Shown: positions 51,517 to 60,340 of the stretch, one piece after another
Numbering within the stretch: the first letter of the stretch is position 1
How the letters are laid out: every line of letters starts with the position of its first letter
Origin: an uncultured virus (IMG/VR IMGVR_UViG_2540341129_000004)
Taxonomy: Duplodnaviria > Heunggongvirae > Uroviricota > Caudoviricetes
IMG/VR virus record: IMGVR_UViG_2540341129_000004
DNA: 64,000 bases
Reading direction: 5' to 3' (one strand)
Position numbers and translations under genes: made by a program
Notes under the pieces: generated by a model
Told to the model about the DNA's origin: nothing
The model's database searches: none
Seen by the model: only the letters and a program-made list of their open reading frames with translations

Positions 51517-52512
51517 ATTAATAAAAAAATTCAGTATACAGCAGCAAACTGGTCAAAGCATGAAGATGATTTCACCCAAATGTTTTACAACCAAAACGTA
51601 AAGCAGTTTTGGCTTCCGGAAGAGATCGCATTAAACGGCGATCTTCTCACTTGGAAGTATCTTGGAACAAAGGAACAAGATACTTATATGAAAGTTTTAG
51701 CTGGGCTTACCTTATTAGACACAGAGCAGGGGAACACGGGCATGCCGATTGTGGCCGAGCACGTTGAGGGACATCAAAGAAAAGCAGTATTAAACTTTAT
51801 GGCCATGATGGAAAACGCTGTCCATGCGAAGTCTTACAGCAACATCTTTCTAACTTTGGCTCCAACCGAGCAGATCAATGAAGTCTTTGAATGGGTTAAA
51901 AACAATAAATTTCTTCAAAAGAAAGCAAGAACAATTGTTTCAATTTATGAAGAAGTTGAGAAAAACGATGAAATTTCACTGTTCAAAGCGATGGTTGCAT
52001 CTGTGTTTCTGGAGAGTTTCCTTTTCTATTCAGGGTTTTATTATCCACTTTACTTTTATGGACAAGGGAAACTAATGCAGAGCGGGGAAATTGTGAATTT
52101 AATTATCCGTGACGAGGCGCTACACGTCGTATACATCGGTTTATTAGCTCAAGAGATATATAAGAAACAAACGCCTCAGAAGCAAAAAGAACTGTATGAA
52201 TGGGCTTTATGCTTGCTACAAGAGCTTTATGAAAATGAACTGGAGTATACAGAAGATGTTTATGATCAGGTTGGTTTAGCTCCAGATGTAAAGAAATTCA
52301 TCAGATACAATGCGAATAAAGCTTTAAACAACCTGGGATTTGATCATCTGTTCGAGGAAGAAGACGTTAACCCAATTGTTATTAATGGATTGAGCACAAA
52401 GACTAAATCCCATGACTTCTTTTCAATGAAGGGCGTTGGCTATAAAAAAGCAACGGTTGAACCATTAAAGGATTCTGATTTCATTTTCGATAGCAAAGGA
52501 GTTATTTCATGA
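51517..52512 (+). CDS. nrdF: Class Ib ribonucleotide reductase beta subunit, uninterrupted (probable ATT start)
   Basis: [33 protein letters not shown]. Confidence 0.93.
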   Translation: MNKKIQYTAANWSKHEDDFTQMFYNQNVKQFWLPEEIALNGDLLTWKYLGTKEQDTYMKVLAGLTLLDTEQGNTGMPIVAEHVEGHQRKAVLNFMAMMENAVHAKSYSNIFLTLAPTEQINEVFEWVKNNKFLQKKARTIVSIYEEVEKNDEISLFKAMVASVFLESFLFYSGFYYPLYFYGQGKLMQSGEIVNLIIRDEALHVVYIGLLAQEIYKKQTPQKQKELYEWALCLLQELYENELEYTEDVYDQVGLAPDVKKFIRYNANKALNNLGFDHLFEEEDVNPIVINGLSTKTKSHDFFSMKGVGYKKATVEPLKDSDFIFDSKGVIS

Positions 52513-52751
52513 GACTGATTAAATTAGAACAACCGAATTGCAATCCTTGCAAAATGGTATCCAATTATTTAAACGAAGCAGGAGTCGAATATGAGACATT
52601 TGATGTAACACAGAAGCCAGAAGTGGCAGCGCAATATGAGGTAATGGGTGTACCGGTGACTATACTGCTTAATGAGCAAGGAGAGGAAGTAAAGCGGAGC
52701 ATTGGCTTTAAGCCTGATGAGCTTGATAAGTTAGTGAGGGAGGTTGTTTAA
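52509..52751 (+). CDS. yosR: Thioredoxin/NrdH-like redoxin
   Basis: CNPC, GVPV. Confidence 0.88.
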   Translation: MRLIKLEQPNCNPCKMVSNYLNEAGVEYETFDVTQKPEVAAQYEVMGVPVTILLNEQGEEVKRSIGFKPDELDKLVREVV

Positions 52752-52992
52752 AATCACAGAAGAGCAAAAGTCTTTAATTAAGATTGGTGACACACTTAAG
52801 TGCCTAAAAGGGGATTGGCATTTTGAAAACAATTGTAATTACACAGTTTATGGAGATAATGCAGACAACACCGGTACACCAGTCATCTGGTGTGATGAAG
52901 TATCTCCTCATACAGTAAAGAGTTTGAATTTGGAACAGTGGGAAATCGTTCAGAAAGGATCAATAAATGAGGTTAAATATGAGAGATTATAG
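52744..52992 (+). CDS. Hypothetical protein
   Basis: Coupled ORF. Confidence 0.55.
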   Translation: MFKITEEQKSLIKIGDTLKCLKGDWHFENNCNYTVYGDNADNTGTPVIWCDEVSPHTVKSLNLEQWEIVQKGSINEVKYERL

Positions 52993-53335
52993 AATGTATA
53001 TTTTAGTTAACGAGGATATCAAAATCAGCAAAGGGAAGTTAGCTGGACAGGTTGGGCATGCAGTAATGAGCTATGTATATCACAAAGCAGTCAAGCCATT
53101 AAGTGAAGGAAGAGAAATTAAAAGCCTAGATGAATATATGAAAGAACAAAAGAAAATCATCTTAAAATGCCCCCAATACAAACTTGAAGAGTTAGAACAT
53201 GCAGGAGGATATACTGTTATTAGAGATAAAGGTTATACACAACTTGAGCCTAATACTCTGACTTGTATTAACTACGGCATTAAGACACCTGAACAGCTTC
53301 CTGAATGGGTGATAAATCTTAAACTCTACAATTAA
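52967..53335 (+). CDS. Peptidyl-tRNA hydrolase type 2 (Pth2)
   Basis: KGKLAGQVGHA, KKIILK, IRDKGYTQ..PNTLT, LKLY. Confidence 0.85.
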   Translation: MRLNMRDYRMYILVNEDIKISKGKLAGQVGHAVMSYVYHKAVKPLSEGREIKSLDEYMKEQKKIILKCPQYKLEELEHAGGYTVIRDKGYTQLEPNTLTCINYGIKTPEQLPEWVINLKLYN

Positions 53336-53387
53336 AATATTGTTGGACAAAATAAATTAAAAAAACTAAAGGAGTTAATAAAACATA

Positions 53388-53816
53388 ATGCAAATTAAAA
53401 TCAAATATTTAGATGATACACAAACAAGGATCAGCAAAATTGAGAAAGGGGATTGGATTGATCTCCGGGCGGCTGAAGATGTAGTAATCAAAAAGGACGA
53501 ATTTAAACTTATTCCGTTAGGAGTGGCAATGGAGCTGCCAGAAGGATATGAGGCCCATGTCGTCCCTCGTTCAAGCACATTTAAAAACTTCGGCATTATT
53601 CAAACAAACTCAATGGGTGTTATCGATGAGTCCTACAAGGGAGACAATGATTTCTGGTTCTTTCCGGCTTATGCATTACGGGATACAGAAATTAAAAAAG
53701 GGGAGCGTATCTGTCAGTTCAGAATCATGGAGAAGATGCCTGCAGTTGAATTGATTGAGGTAGATCATTTAGGCAACGATGATCGAGGCGGTCACGGATC
53801 GACTGGAACTAAGTAA
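53388..53816 (+). CDS. yosS: Trimeric dUTPase
   Basis: [28 protein letters not shown]. Confidence 0.95.
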   Translation: MQIKIKYLDDTQTRISKIEKGDWIDLRAAEDVVIKKDEFKLIPLGVAMELPEGYEAHVVPRSSTFKNFGIIQTNSMGVIDESYKGDNDFWFFPAYALRDTEIKKGERICQFRIMEKMPAVELIEVDHLGNDDRGGHGSTGTK

Positions 53817-54011
53817 TACAAGCCCTGGCTTTGATCATGATGTTTGTCCAGTGGAGGGTCTCAGCCAGGGTACAACTTAAAATACTCAAAAAGCTCGACA
53901 ATTATGCCCAACAAAGCGGTTGTTTCATGAAAAGGTTTTAAAAACAGGGGTGTTGATGGAATGCACATCTCTATAAAAGAAGACTTTTATAGAAAAGTGA
54001 GGTGAGATTCA

Positions 54012-54311
54012 GTGAACAATTATGTAGATAAAATTAAAGAACATCTTCATAAAATTGCTGAGCTTGAAAAAGGATTGTCATTATTCAGTGAAGATGAAGA
54101 AGAATACATAAGCTTATTAGCTAAGATTCAACATCAGTTTGATTTAATTTCAGATGAATCAATGGAAGGGTTTAAAGAATTAACTTTACATATAAGAAAT
54201 ACAGGTCAGAAAAGAATACAACGAGGAATTGACCAGCTACCTCAGACAATCAAAGAAAGTGTAAGTGAAGAAATCAAAGACATGAAGAGAGCCGGCGAGC
54301 TTTTTGATTGA
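54012..54311 (+). CDS. Coiled-coil hypothetical protein
   Basis: SD GAGGTGA. Confidence 0.6.
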   Translation: MNNYVDKIKEHLHKIAELEKGLSLFSEDEEEYISLLAKIQHQFDLISDESMEGFKELTLHIRNTGQKRIQRGIDQLPQTIKESVSEEIKDMKRAGELFD

Positions 54312-54413
54312 TGTTTGAATTTTAAACATGCCTATATAAACAGTGACAAGTATCGATTGGGTGTGAGCTTAAATACAATACATTGAATACTTTGAACAAC
54401 TGGAGGTCTTAAT

Positions 54414-54596
54414 GTGTTTAGACAATATCCAATATGGTACACACCGTCGCTGTATACTTTGAATTACTTGCCACAATTTTCACCATACATTGCTTACTTG
54501 AATAGTGCTGAACGTTGTTTTCAACAATGTATGTACCAAACTCATGGTAATGCTGAATGGTGTCATAGAAACTGCTACGGCCCAATCTATCGATAA
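54414..54596 (+). CDS. Small Tyr/Pro/Cys-rich protein
   Basis: CxxxC...CxxxC; SD GGAGG; hairpin at 54605-54633. Confidence 0.55.
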   Translation: MFRQYPIWYTPSLYTLNYLPQFSPYIAYLNSAERCFQQCMYQTHGNAEWCHRNCYGPIYR

Positions 54597-54661
54597 ACTT
54601 AAACAGAGCAGTTGGATTTAATTCCTCTGCTCTAAAAAATAAAATAAGGAGATGTATTGTA

Positions 54662-55066
54662 ATTACATACTTTACGTTAATACTTGCAGCATACTTATTT
54701 GCACTAAACATTAATGAAATTAGATTAATTACACGAGGAGAACAGAATGTATACGCTAAAATTACGCATATGCTTTCTAATTCACCGTATAAAGAACTGA
54801 AGAAAAATAAGAACTTAGTGTATGTCATTACATTGTTCAAGGGGATTTCGTTCATTATTCCCTTGGCTACTATTGGACTGATTACGCATGGTAATTTGCT
54901 AATGTTAGCTTGGACAGCCTTTGCTTTAATCTATACCGGTTTAACAATGTTTAAAATTCTTGATGTTTTGGACGGTGACTCAAACAATAAACAAAACAAG
55001 TTCGTGTACATTTTGTTTGTTTGCGGTAATATAGTTTTTTCTCTAATTTTTATTTTTCCTTTTTAG
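54662..55066 (+). CDS. Multi-pass membrane protein (probable ATT start)
   Basis: Hydrophobic frame extends upstream of ATG 54770 to the SD at 54646. Confidence 0.5.
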   Translation: MTYFTLILAAYLFALNINEIRLITRGEQNVYAKITHMLSNSPYKELKKNKNLVYVITLFKGISFIIPLATIGLITHGNLLMLAWTAFALIYTGLTMFKILDVLDGDSNNKQNKFVYILFVCGNIVFSLIFIFPF

Positions 55067-55082
55067 GTCTCTTAAGTGTTAA

Positions 55083-55730
55083 TCACCATCTAAAGCCGAA
55101 TTTTTTTGGCACTTCATAGCATTTTAGACACTGAGGTTTTACATTGTAAGCATAGTGTCTAGGATTTTTCTTATTGGTCAGAAGGGATGAGTATGGTTTA
55201 TCCTCACTGGTATGCATGCATGTCGCATAGACGTTTGCTTGATTTGTGGAATTAAATACATCATGTACAGCTTGTCTCTGAATATTGTAGTTCATTTGCT
55301 GGTGCTTTAACATTGAAGGTCTACCTCCCCAAGCACATACTACACGTTCAGAAATATCTAAGTGTTTTTCAATAAGTTTATTATTTAGATATAGAATTTT
55401 ATAATACTTTTTCCCGTAAGTGGCTTTACATTTTTCTAATAGTTCTCCCAATTTGTTGGCGTCTGAAGCATAAAAAGGGAATAAGTTAAGTACTCTGATT
55501 TCACCAGCATATTTTTTTGAAAAGAAAAATGAAATAATATTATCAATAGTTGGATCAGATTTTGTTGCTGTTGCTCTAGAAGGATTCATAAGAATAATAG
55601 TTATAATGTTTCTTAAATTGTTATTTAATTTTATTTTCAATAAAAATCTAAACGAAATATTAGCACCTAAATGAAAAACTTTGCAATGAACATTTTTAAC
55701 AAAATCATTATTGGCAAAGGGTATAGCCAA
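55083..55730 (-). CDS. DUF1643-family protein
   Basis: LMNPS.A....DPT, NLF, AWG, NPRH. Confidence 0.8.
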   Translation of the reverse strand: MAIPFANNDFVKNVHCKVFHLGANISFRFLLKIKLNNNLRNIITIILMNPSRATATKSDPTIDNIISFFFSKKYAGEIRVLNLFPFYASDANKLGELLEKCKATYGKKYYKILYLNNKLIEKHLDISERVVCAWGGRPSMLKHQQMNYNIQRQAVHDVFNSTNQANVYATCMHTSEDKPYSSLLTNKKNPRHYAYNVKPQCLKCYEVPKKFGFRW

Positions 55731-55780
55731 ATTAAATCACACCTTTTTTAGAAGTGAAAAAATTATACACTAACTGGAGG

Positions 55781-56632
55781 ATGAAAGCCATAAGCAATTT
55801 CACAGATATTATTGTAAAAGAAAATTTAAAGCGGGTTTTAACTGAAGGGAAAACTGAAGCGGGTAGTTCAGTAAGACCTAAATGGAAAGATGGACTTCCA
55901 GCTTATTCATTAAAAACCTTCGGAGTTGTTAATCAATACGATCTTCAGAAAAGTTTCCCAATTTCAACACTAAGACCCACTGCTTGGAAAAGTGGATTAA
56001 AAGAGATAATGTGGATTTATAATGACGCATCAAATGATGTTGATTTACTGGAAAGAAAATATGGAGTTAAATATTGGAGGAGTTGGGCCAATAGTGAAGG
56101 GAATTTAGGATTAGCTTATGGAAGACAAATGCAATATGAGCACAGGTATAAGGAAGGCTATTTTAAACAAATTGAAAGACTGATTTGGGATCTTAAAAAG
56201 AATCCGTATAGCAGGAGAATGATAACAAACTTGTACAATCATCAAGACTTATTTGAAATGACTCTCTATCCATGCGCATTTTTAACAATGTGGGACTATG
56301 ACGGAGAGTATCTGAATATGACATTAGTCCAACGATCTTCAGATTATCTAGTAGCTGGTAACATAAATGTCACCCAGTATGCTTTATTGCAACACATGAT
56401 TGCACAATCAGTAGGCTACAAAGTGGGAAAATTTCATCACTATATTAATAACCTTCATATTTATGATCGACATGTTAACGTTGCAAAGGAAATTGTTTCA
56501 CGGGAATCTAAAGATACTCCTAGGCTTATTATTGACGATTCAATAAGGAACTTTTACGATTTTAAACCAGAGCATTTTTCTTTGGAAGGGTATAATCCTC
56601 ATGAACAAATTACGCTTGAGGTAGCAGTATAA
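55781..56632 (+). CDS. thyA: Thymidylate synthase ThyA
   Basis: SRRM, LYPC, QRSSD, NLHIYDRH; start ATG 55781 or ATA 55790. Confidence 0.95.
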   Translation: MKAISNFTDIIVKENLKRVLTEGKTEAGSSVRPKWKDGLPAYSLKTFGVVNQYDLQKSFPISTLRPTAWKSGLKEIMWIYNDASNDVDLLERKYGVKYWRSWANSEGNLGLAYGRQMQYEHRYKEGYFKQIERLIWDLKKNPYSRRMITNLYNHQDLFEMTLYPCAFLTMWDYDGEYLNMTLVQRSSDYLVAGNINVTQYALLQHMIAQSVGYKVGKFHHYINNLHIYDRHVNVAKEIVSRESKDTPRLIIDDSIRNFYDFKPEHFSLEGYNPHEQITLEVAV

Positions 56633-57138
56633 TGCTGTCTCTTATTGCTTGCTGCGACAAATCAATGGCCATCGGGTATGAGAATAATTTGCTGTACCAT
56701 ATTCCTGAAGACATGAAACGTTTTAAAGAACTCACTACAGGAAAGCTGTGTATACAGGGAAGGCTTACATACGAATCAATCGTAAACATTACAGGAAAAC
56801 CACTTCAGAATCGAAGGAATATCATATTAACCAAAAACAAGGATTTCAAGCCTGATCACTCTTCTTTTGTTTATCATTCGGTTGCCGATGTATTAAAGCT
56901 TATACGTGGTCAATTGGATACAAATGAAGAAGTAATGGTCATTGGAGGAGGCGCTATATACGAGGCATTCTTACCACATGCTGATAAGGTTTATTTAACG
57001 ATTGTTGATTCAGTCGCTGCGAATGCAGATACATGTTTTCCAAGGTTAGCTGATGACTGGAGAGTAATTGAAAAGGATCACAGAAAAGCAGAAAACAATA
57101 CCACATTTAATTATTCATTTGTGACTTACTCAAAATAA
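56632..57138 (+). CDS. dfrA: Dihydrofolate reductase
   Basis: AIG, PEDMKRFK, GRLTYES, PLQNRRNIILT, IGGGAIY, ADTCFP. Confidence 0.93.
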   Translation: MLSLIACCDKSMAIGYENNLLYHIPEDMKRFKELTTGKLCIQGRLTYESIVNITGKPLQNRRNIILTKNKDFKPDHSSFVYHSVADVLKLIRGQLDTNEEVMVIGGGAIYEAFLPHADKVYLTIVDSVAANADTCFPRLADDWRVIEKDHRKAENNTTFNYSFVTYSK

Positions 57139-57142
57139 TTAA

Positions 57143-57220
57143 GAATAAAAATAAAATAGTTATAGACTTTTGGAAAGTTGAATGATAAGATAAAGACAAG
57201 TTAAAAGCTTGTCTTTTTTT
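57143..57220 (+). promoter_or_regulatory. SPBRE-like box, SigA promoter and adjacent terminator hairpin
   Basis: GAATAAAAATAAAAT; TAGACT-17nt-TAAGAT; AAAGACAAG...CTTGTCTTT plus T run. Confidence 0.6.
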
Positions 57221-57265
57221 ACATACTTTTAGAATAAAAATAAAATAATATATAGGAGTGACGAT

Positions 57266-57631
57266 ATGAAAACTGCAAAAGATTATCTTGTTTCCATTTC
57301 CAAACCTCTTGTTGCAATTGAGGAGACTAAACAACGACTTCAAAATGAAATTGATAACCTTTATAAAGAGCTAGGGAAAGTTGATAAAGAGCTCAATGAA
57401 TTTTATCACAAGCTAGAAGAGGCAAAATTTAATGCTTCAGAGGGATATCATCTTTCGTTAAAAGGTCAAAGGATATTGAGAAAGAGAAGAAACTTAAAAC
57501 AAGAGCTCCAATTAATGAACACACTTTTCGGGAGTTTGAACAATAACGGTTGGACTCTTGAATCACTAAAAATTGCAGAGTATAAAATTAGCAAAAAGAA
57601 AAACAAGCATTTACAGTATGAATCAGTTTAA
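57266..57631 (+). CDS. Coiled-coil phage protein
   Basis: YHKLE..KFNASEGY...LRKRR. Confidence 0.7.
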   Translation: MKTAKDYLVSISKPLVAIEETKQRLQNEIDNLYKELGKVDKELNEFYHKLEEAKFNASEGYHLSLKGQRILRKRRNLKQELQLMNTLFGSLNNNGWTLESLKIAEYKISKKKNKHLQYESV

Positions 57632-57689
57632 AGACATAATCCACATTCACATTGTGAAAACATATTTAATCTTATAGGGAGGTGATAAA

Positions 57690-58058
57690 TTGCAACAAAA
57701 AGAGCAAGAATTGCTGTCAAAGGAAGAACAGCTTGAAATTGATGTTTTAGAAAAGGAAGCAGCTTTACTCCGGCTAGAAGTGGAACAAGAAGATTTCAAT
57801 CTCCACAAAATTGGGGAGATCGGAGTACTTAAAGATTTTCTCTTATACATAAAGAAATACAGAGCAATGTTTACTGTGCAGCAAGCAGAAGAATTTAGAG
57901 ATATGGATGACCGAATGAAAGAAATTATTAAAGTGCATGATGGACAAGTAATGGTTGATGAAGAAGCTTTAGAGGGGTTCATTTGTGAAATTGAAGATCA
58001 AATTAATTTAATTGGAAGTGATGGAGATAAGAATAGTGGTGTAGATGATACACGGTAA
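57690..58058 (+). CDS. Hypothetical protein
   Basis: SD GGGAGGTGA. Confidence 0.65.
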   Translation: MQQKEQELLSKEEQLEIDVLEKEAALLRLEVEQEDFNLHKIGEIGVLKDFLLYIKKYRAMFTVQQAEEFRDMDDRMKEIIKVHDGQVMVDEEALEGFICEIEDQINLIGSDGDKNSGVDDTR

Positions 58059-58085
58059 TGCGCCCGGGTTTTTGGACGCAGAGAA

Positions 58086-58181
58086 TTAGCGTCCAAGAAG
58101 GGCGAAAATAGGTTTTCTGAATGCGAAAACAAATGCCGCTGTAAGTGCGATAACTACTTTATCTTCGGTTGATACTTTCAT
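58086..58181 (-). CDS. 31-aa hydrophobic peptide
   Basis: MKVSTEDKVVIALTAAFVFAFRKPIFALLGR with SD AAAGGAGG; not in the ORF track. Confidence 0.6.
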   Translation of the reverse strand: MKVSTEDKVVIALTAAFVFAFRKPIFALLGR

Positions 58182-58229
58182 GAATCGAACCTCCTTTCGG
58201 TAACTTAGGTATATTGTATCACATAAGTG

Positions 58230-58243
58230 CGAATGTGTGTTCG
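58230..58243. promoter_or_regulatory. LexA (SOS) box
   Basis: CGAATGTGTGTTCG, one mismatch to CGAAC-N4-GTTCG. Confidence 0.6.
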
Positions 58244-58275
58244 GTTTTTGTGAAAATTTCGGGAGGGATTACGTA

Positions 58276-58653
58276 ATGGTATGTCGTTTATGCAAGGAAC
58301 GCGGAAAAACGTGGGAAGGCTCCGATCCGGTATGCGCTTTTGAAAACGGTGTGTTTTCGCCGGACAATTGGGCGTGCGCAACGATGGGGAAACTGCGCAG
58401 ATTATCGGAGGAACTCGGACATTCCGATCGAGACGATGATTCTTGCGGATCAATAGGATACGTACCTTTAAGCGATAATTATGCGTCGGAAACTTACAAC
58501 GATTACGGAGGCTATATCATAATGATGTGGTACAAAGAGCGCGGAAAGGTTGGTAACGCACTATTTATGACCGACGAAAGCACGGTAACTTTGACGATTG
58601 AACATGCAGAGATTGCGATTAAAACGGCTGAGAGGTGGTTGCGTAATGACTGA
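58276..58653 (+). CDS. Cys-containing phage protein
   Basis: CRLC...CAF..NWAC; SD GGGAGG. Confidence 0.65.
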   Translation: MVCRLCKERGKTWEGSDPVCAFENGVFSPDNWACATMGKLRRLSEELGHSDRDDDSCGSIGYVPLSDNYASETYNDYGGYIIMMWYKERGKVGNALFMTDESTVTLTIEHAEIAIKTAERWLRND

Positions 58654-59638
58654 AACGAAAAAGTATGTACGGATTAAGAAGGCGTCTGTAGAGGGAGCCT
58701 GGTATGCGGATAAGATCGGACAGATATTCGAAGTTGTACACGAAAACTCCATTACACTGCTTACAAAGAGCGGCGGTCATCATTCCGTACTCAAAGAAGA
58801 CGCCGAAATCATCGTCACAGAAAAGCGACCAGCCAAAGTTGGCGAGCGCGTGTTACTGACTGCGCCGACTAATACAAAAGGAAAACACCGAATAGGCGAT
58901 GTATTCACCGTAAGAGAATTCGGAGAAACCGGCGTGCATGTAACTGAAGACGAATTTATGACGCTATGGCACAAAGAATACGAAGTCATCGTCAATAGTG
59001 AAGTGAAAAACGAGGATGGAACTAAGCACGAAGCCTCTGCTGAGGATTTGTGTACGGAACCAATGACTGAGGAAGTCAAACAACTACGTTGTACAGTGGC
59101 GAATTTGATTGGCGAGAATGAACGCTTGAAGGCGTCTTTTCAGGAAATCACGGAGCTCGCTGATAACTTTTACGTTGAGGATAATTCGGTTGCTAACGGT
59201 ATTTATATTATAAAACCAGATATCATGCAGTATTCAAATACGGTATATCTTATTCAAGCAATCGCAAAGGGCGTTAAAATGAAGCCGACAATCACGAAGG
59301 AACAGGCAGAGGCTATAGAAGAACTCCGATTAAGATTGAGCGATGAAGGAATATTACTATCATATACAAATGATAGCTTAACAGTTGGCGATAATAAAAG
59401 TGGTTGTTTATATAATCTTGATTTATTAACATTAGCTACTGCATTAATTAACGGTTATGAATCTGAACCGACACCTGAGGAAAAACTGCGGGACTATTAT
59501 GAACATATAAATAGATCGCGGGATGAGAGGTATGTAGCAGGGGATATTGAAGCTAAACGCCATAATGCTGGAGTATTAACCGGAATACGCAATACACTTG
59601 ACCTTCTCGGAATCGAAATCGAAGGGGTGAATGCTTGA
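58646..59638 (+). CDS. Multi-module (probably fused) phage protein
   Basis: SH3-like KRPAKVGERV module, coiled coil, C-terminal MKPTITKEQAEAIE module. Confidence 0.55.
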   Translation: MTETKKYVRIKKASVEGAWYADKIGQIFEVVHENSITLLTKSGGHHSVLKEDAEIIVTEKRPAKVGERVLLTAPTNTKGKHRIGDVFTVREFGETGVHVTEDEFMTLWHKEYEVIVNSEVKNEDGTKHEASAEDLCTEPMTEEVKQLRCTVANLIGENERLKASFQEITELADNFYVEDNSVANGIYIIKPDIMQYSNTVYLIQAIAKGVKMKPTITKEQAEAIEELRLRLSDEGILLSYTNDSLTVGDNKSGCLYNLDLLTLATALINGYESEPTPEEKLRDYYEHINRSRDERYVAGDIEAKRHNAGVLTGIRNTLDLLGIEIEGVNA

Positions 59639-59768
59639 TGAAGCGACCAGCACCGTATGAATTAAACGATTCAATAGCAGCGCTGAAGCTCGGCGTACCT
59701 GAACACCTTTATCATCACGTTTGGTGCCTTATTTACGAAATCGAAGCATTACAAGAGGAGGCCACAAG

Positions 59769-60110
59769 ATGATCGATAAATTGACGAAAGATCAACTCGA
59801 AGTAATCCGAAAGCGTTCGGAGAAGGCTACGGAAGGCCCGTGGCGAATCGGGAAGCAATCACCAAACGGATTAAATAATATCGGAACAATTGGCGGATTA
59901 CTGACTGCACAAACAACGGATGAAGAGGACGCAAATTTCATCGCAAACGCCCGCCAAGATATTCCGTCGCTACTCGATCACATTACTTTTCTAAACGAAG
60001 TAATATCGAGCTGCCGATGCGCTGAGTGTGGCGATGAATTGGGGGAAGATTGGGCAACTAACAACGGAGTAGCGTTTTGCAATTACTGTGCTGGACTTAA
60101 TTCTTTATGA
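59769..60110 (+). CDS. Ead/Ea22-like phage protein
   Basis: EKATEGPW...DANFIANARQDIPSLL; CAEC..CNYC. Confidence 0.7.
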   Translation: MIDKLTKDQLEVIRKRSEKATEGPWRIGKQSPNGLNNIGTIGGLLTAQTTDEEDANFIANARQDIPSLLDHITFLNEVISSCRCAECGDELGEDWATNNGVAFCNYCAGLNSL

Positions 60111-60139
60111 AATCTGTATTTTAAAGAGAAGGTGATACA

Positions 60140-60262
60140 GTGAAAGAGTCGTTGAAGAATGATTTTCAAGAGTTTATGAGTATTACAAAAAGCTTTCTTG
60201 CTGTTTCAGGAGCAGTCTTTTGGCTATTGATAATTTCACTTGTTTTTGCTGGAGGATATTAA
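60140..60262 (+). CDS. 40-aa single-TM peptide
   Basis: MKESLKNDFQEFMSITKSFLAVSGAVFWLLIISLVFAGGY; SD AAGGTGA. Confidence 0.5.
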   Translation: MKESLKNDFQEFMSITKSFLAVSGAVFWLLIISLVFAGGY

Positions 60263-60301
60263 AATGAGTCACTCATATGTTCACCAAAGGAGGTGAATAA
60301 A

Positions 60302-60340
60302 ATGCCAGTAGTACTTTATGGATTTGGAAGAGGAGCATAA
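60302..60340 (+). CDS. Orphan 12-aa arbitrium-like peptide MPVVLYGFGRGA
   Basis: SD AAAGGAGGTGA; last 12 nt (AGAGGAGCATAA) identical to the aimP 3' end. Confidence 0.6.
   Translation: MPVVLYGFGRGA

Larger units (their letters stand above)
6829..57246 (+). repeat. Dispersed 15-bp direct repeat GARTAAAAATAAAAT (SPBRE-like), about 19 copies
   Basis: Starts at 6829, 8573, 8873, 12853, 14069, 14359, 17332, 22577, 27533, 27971, 33368, 38887, 39229, 41571, 42288, 42549, 48859, 57143, 57232. Confidence 0.85.
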
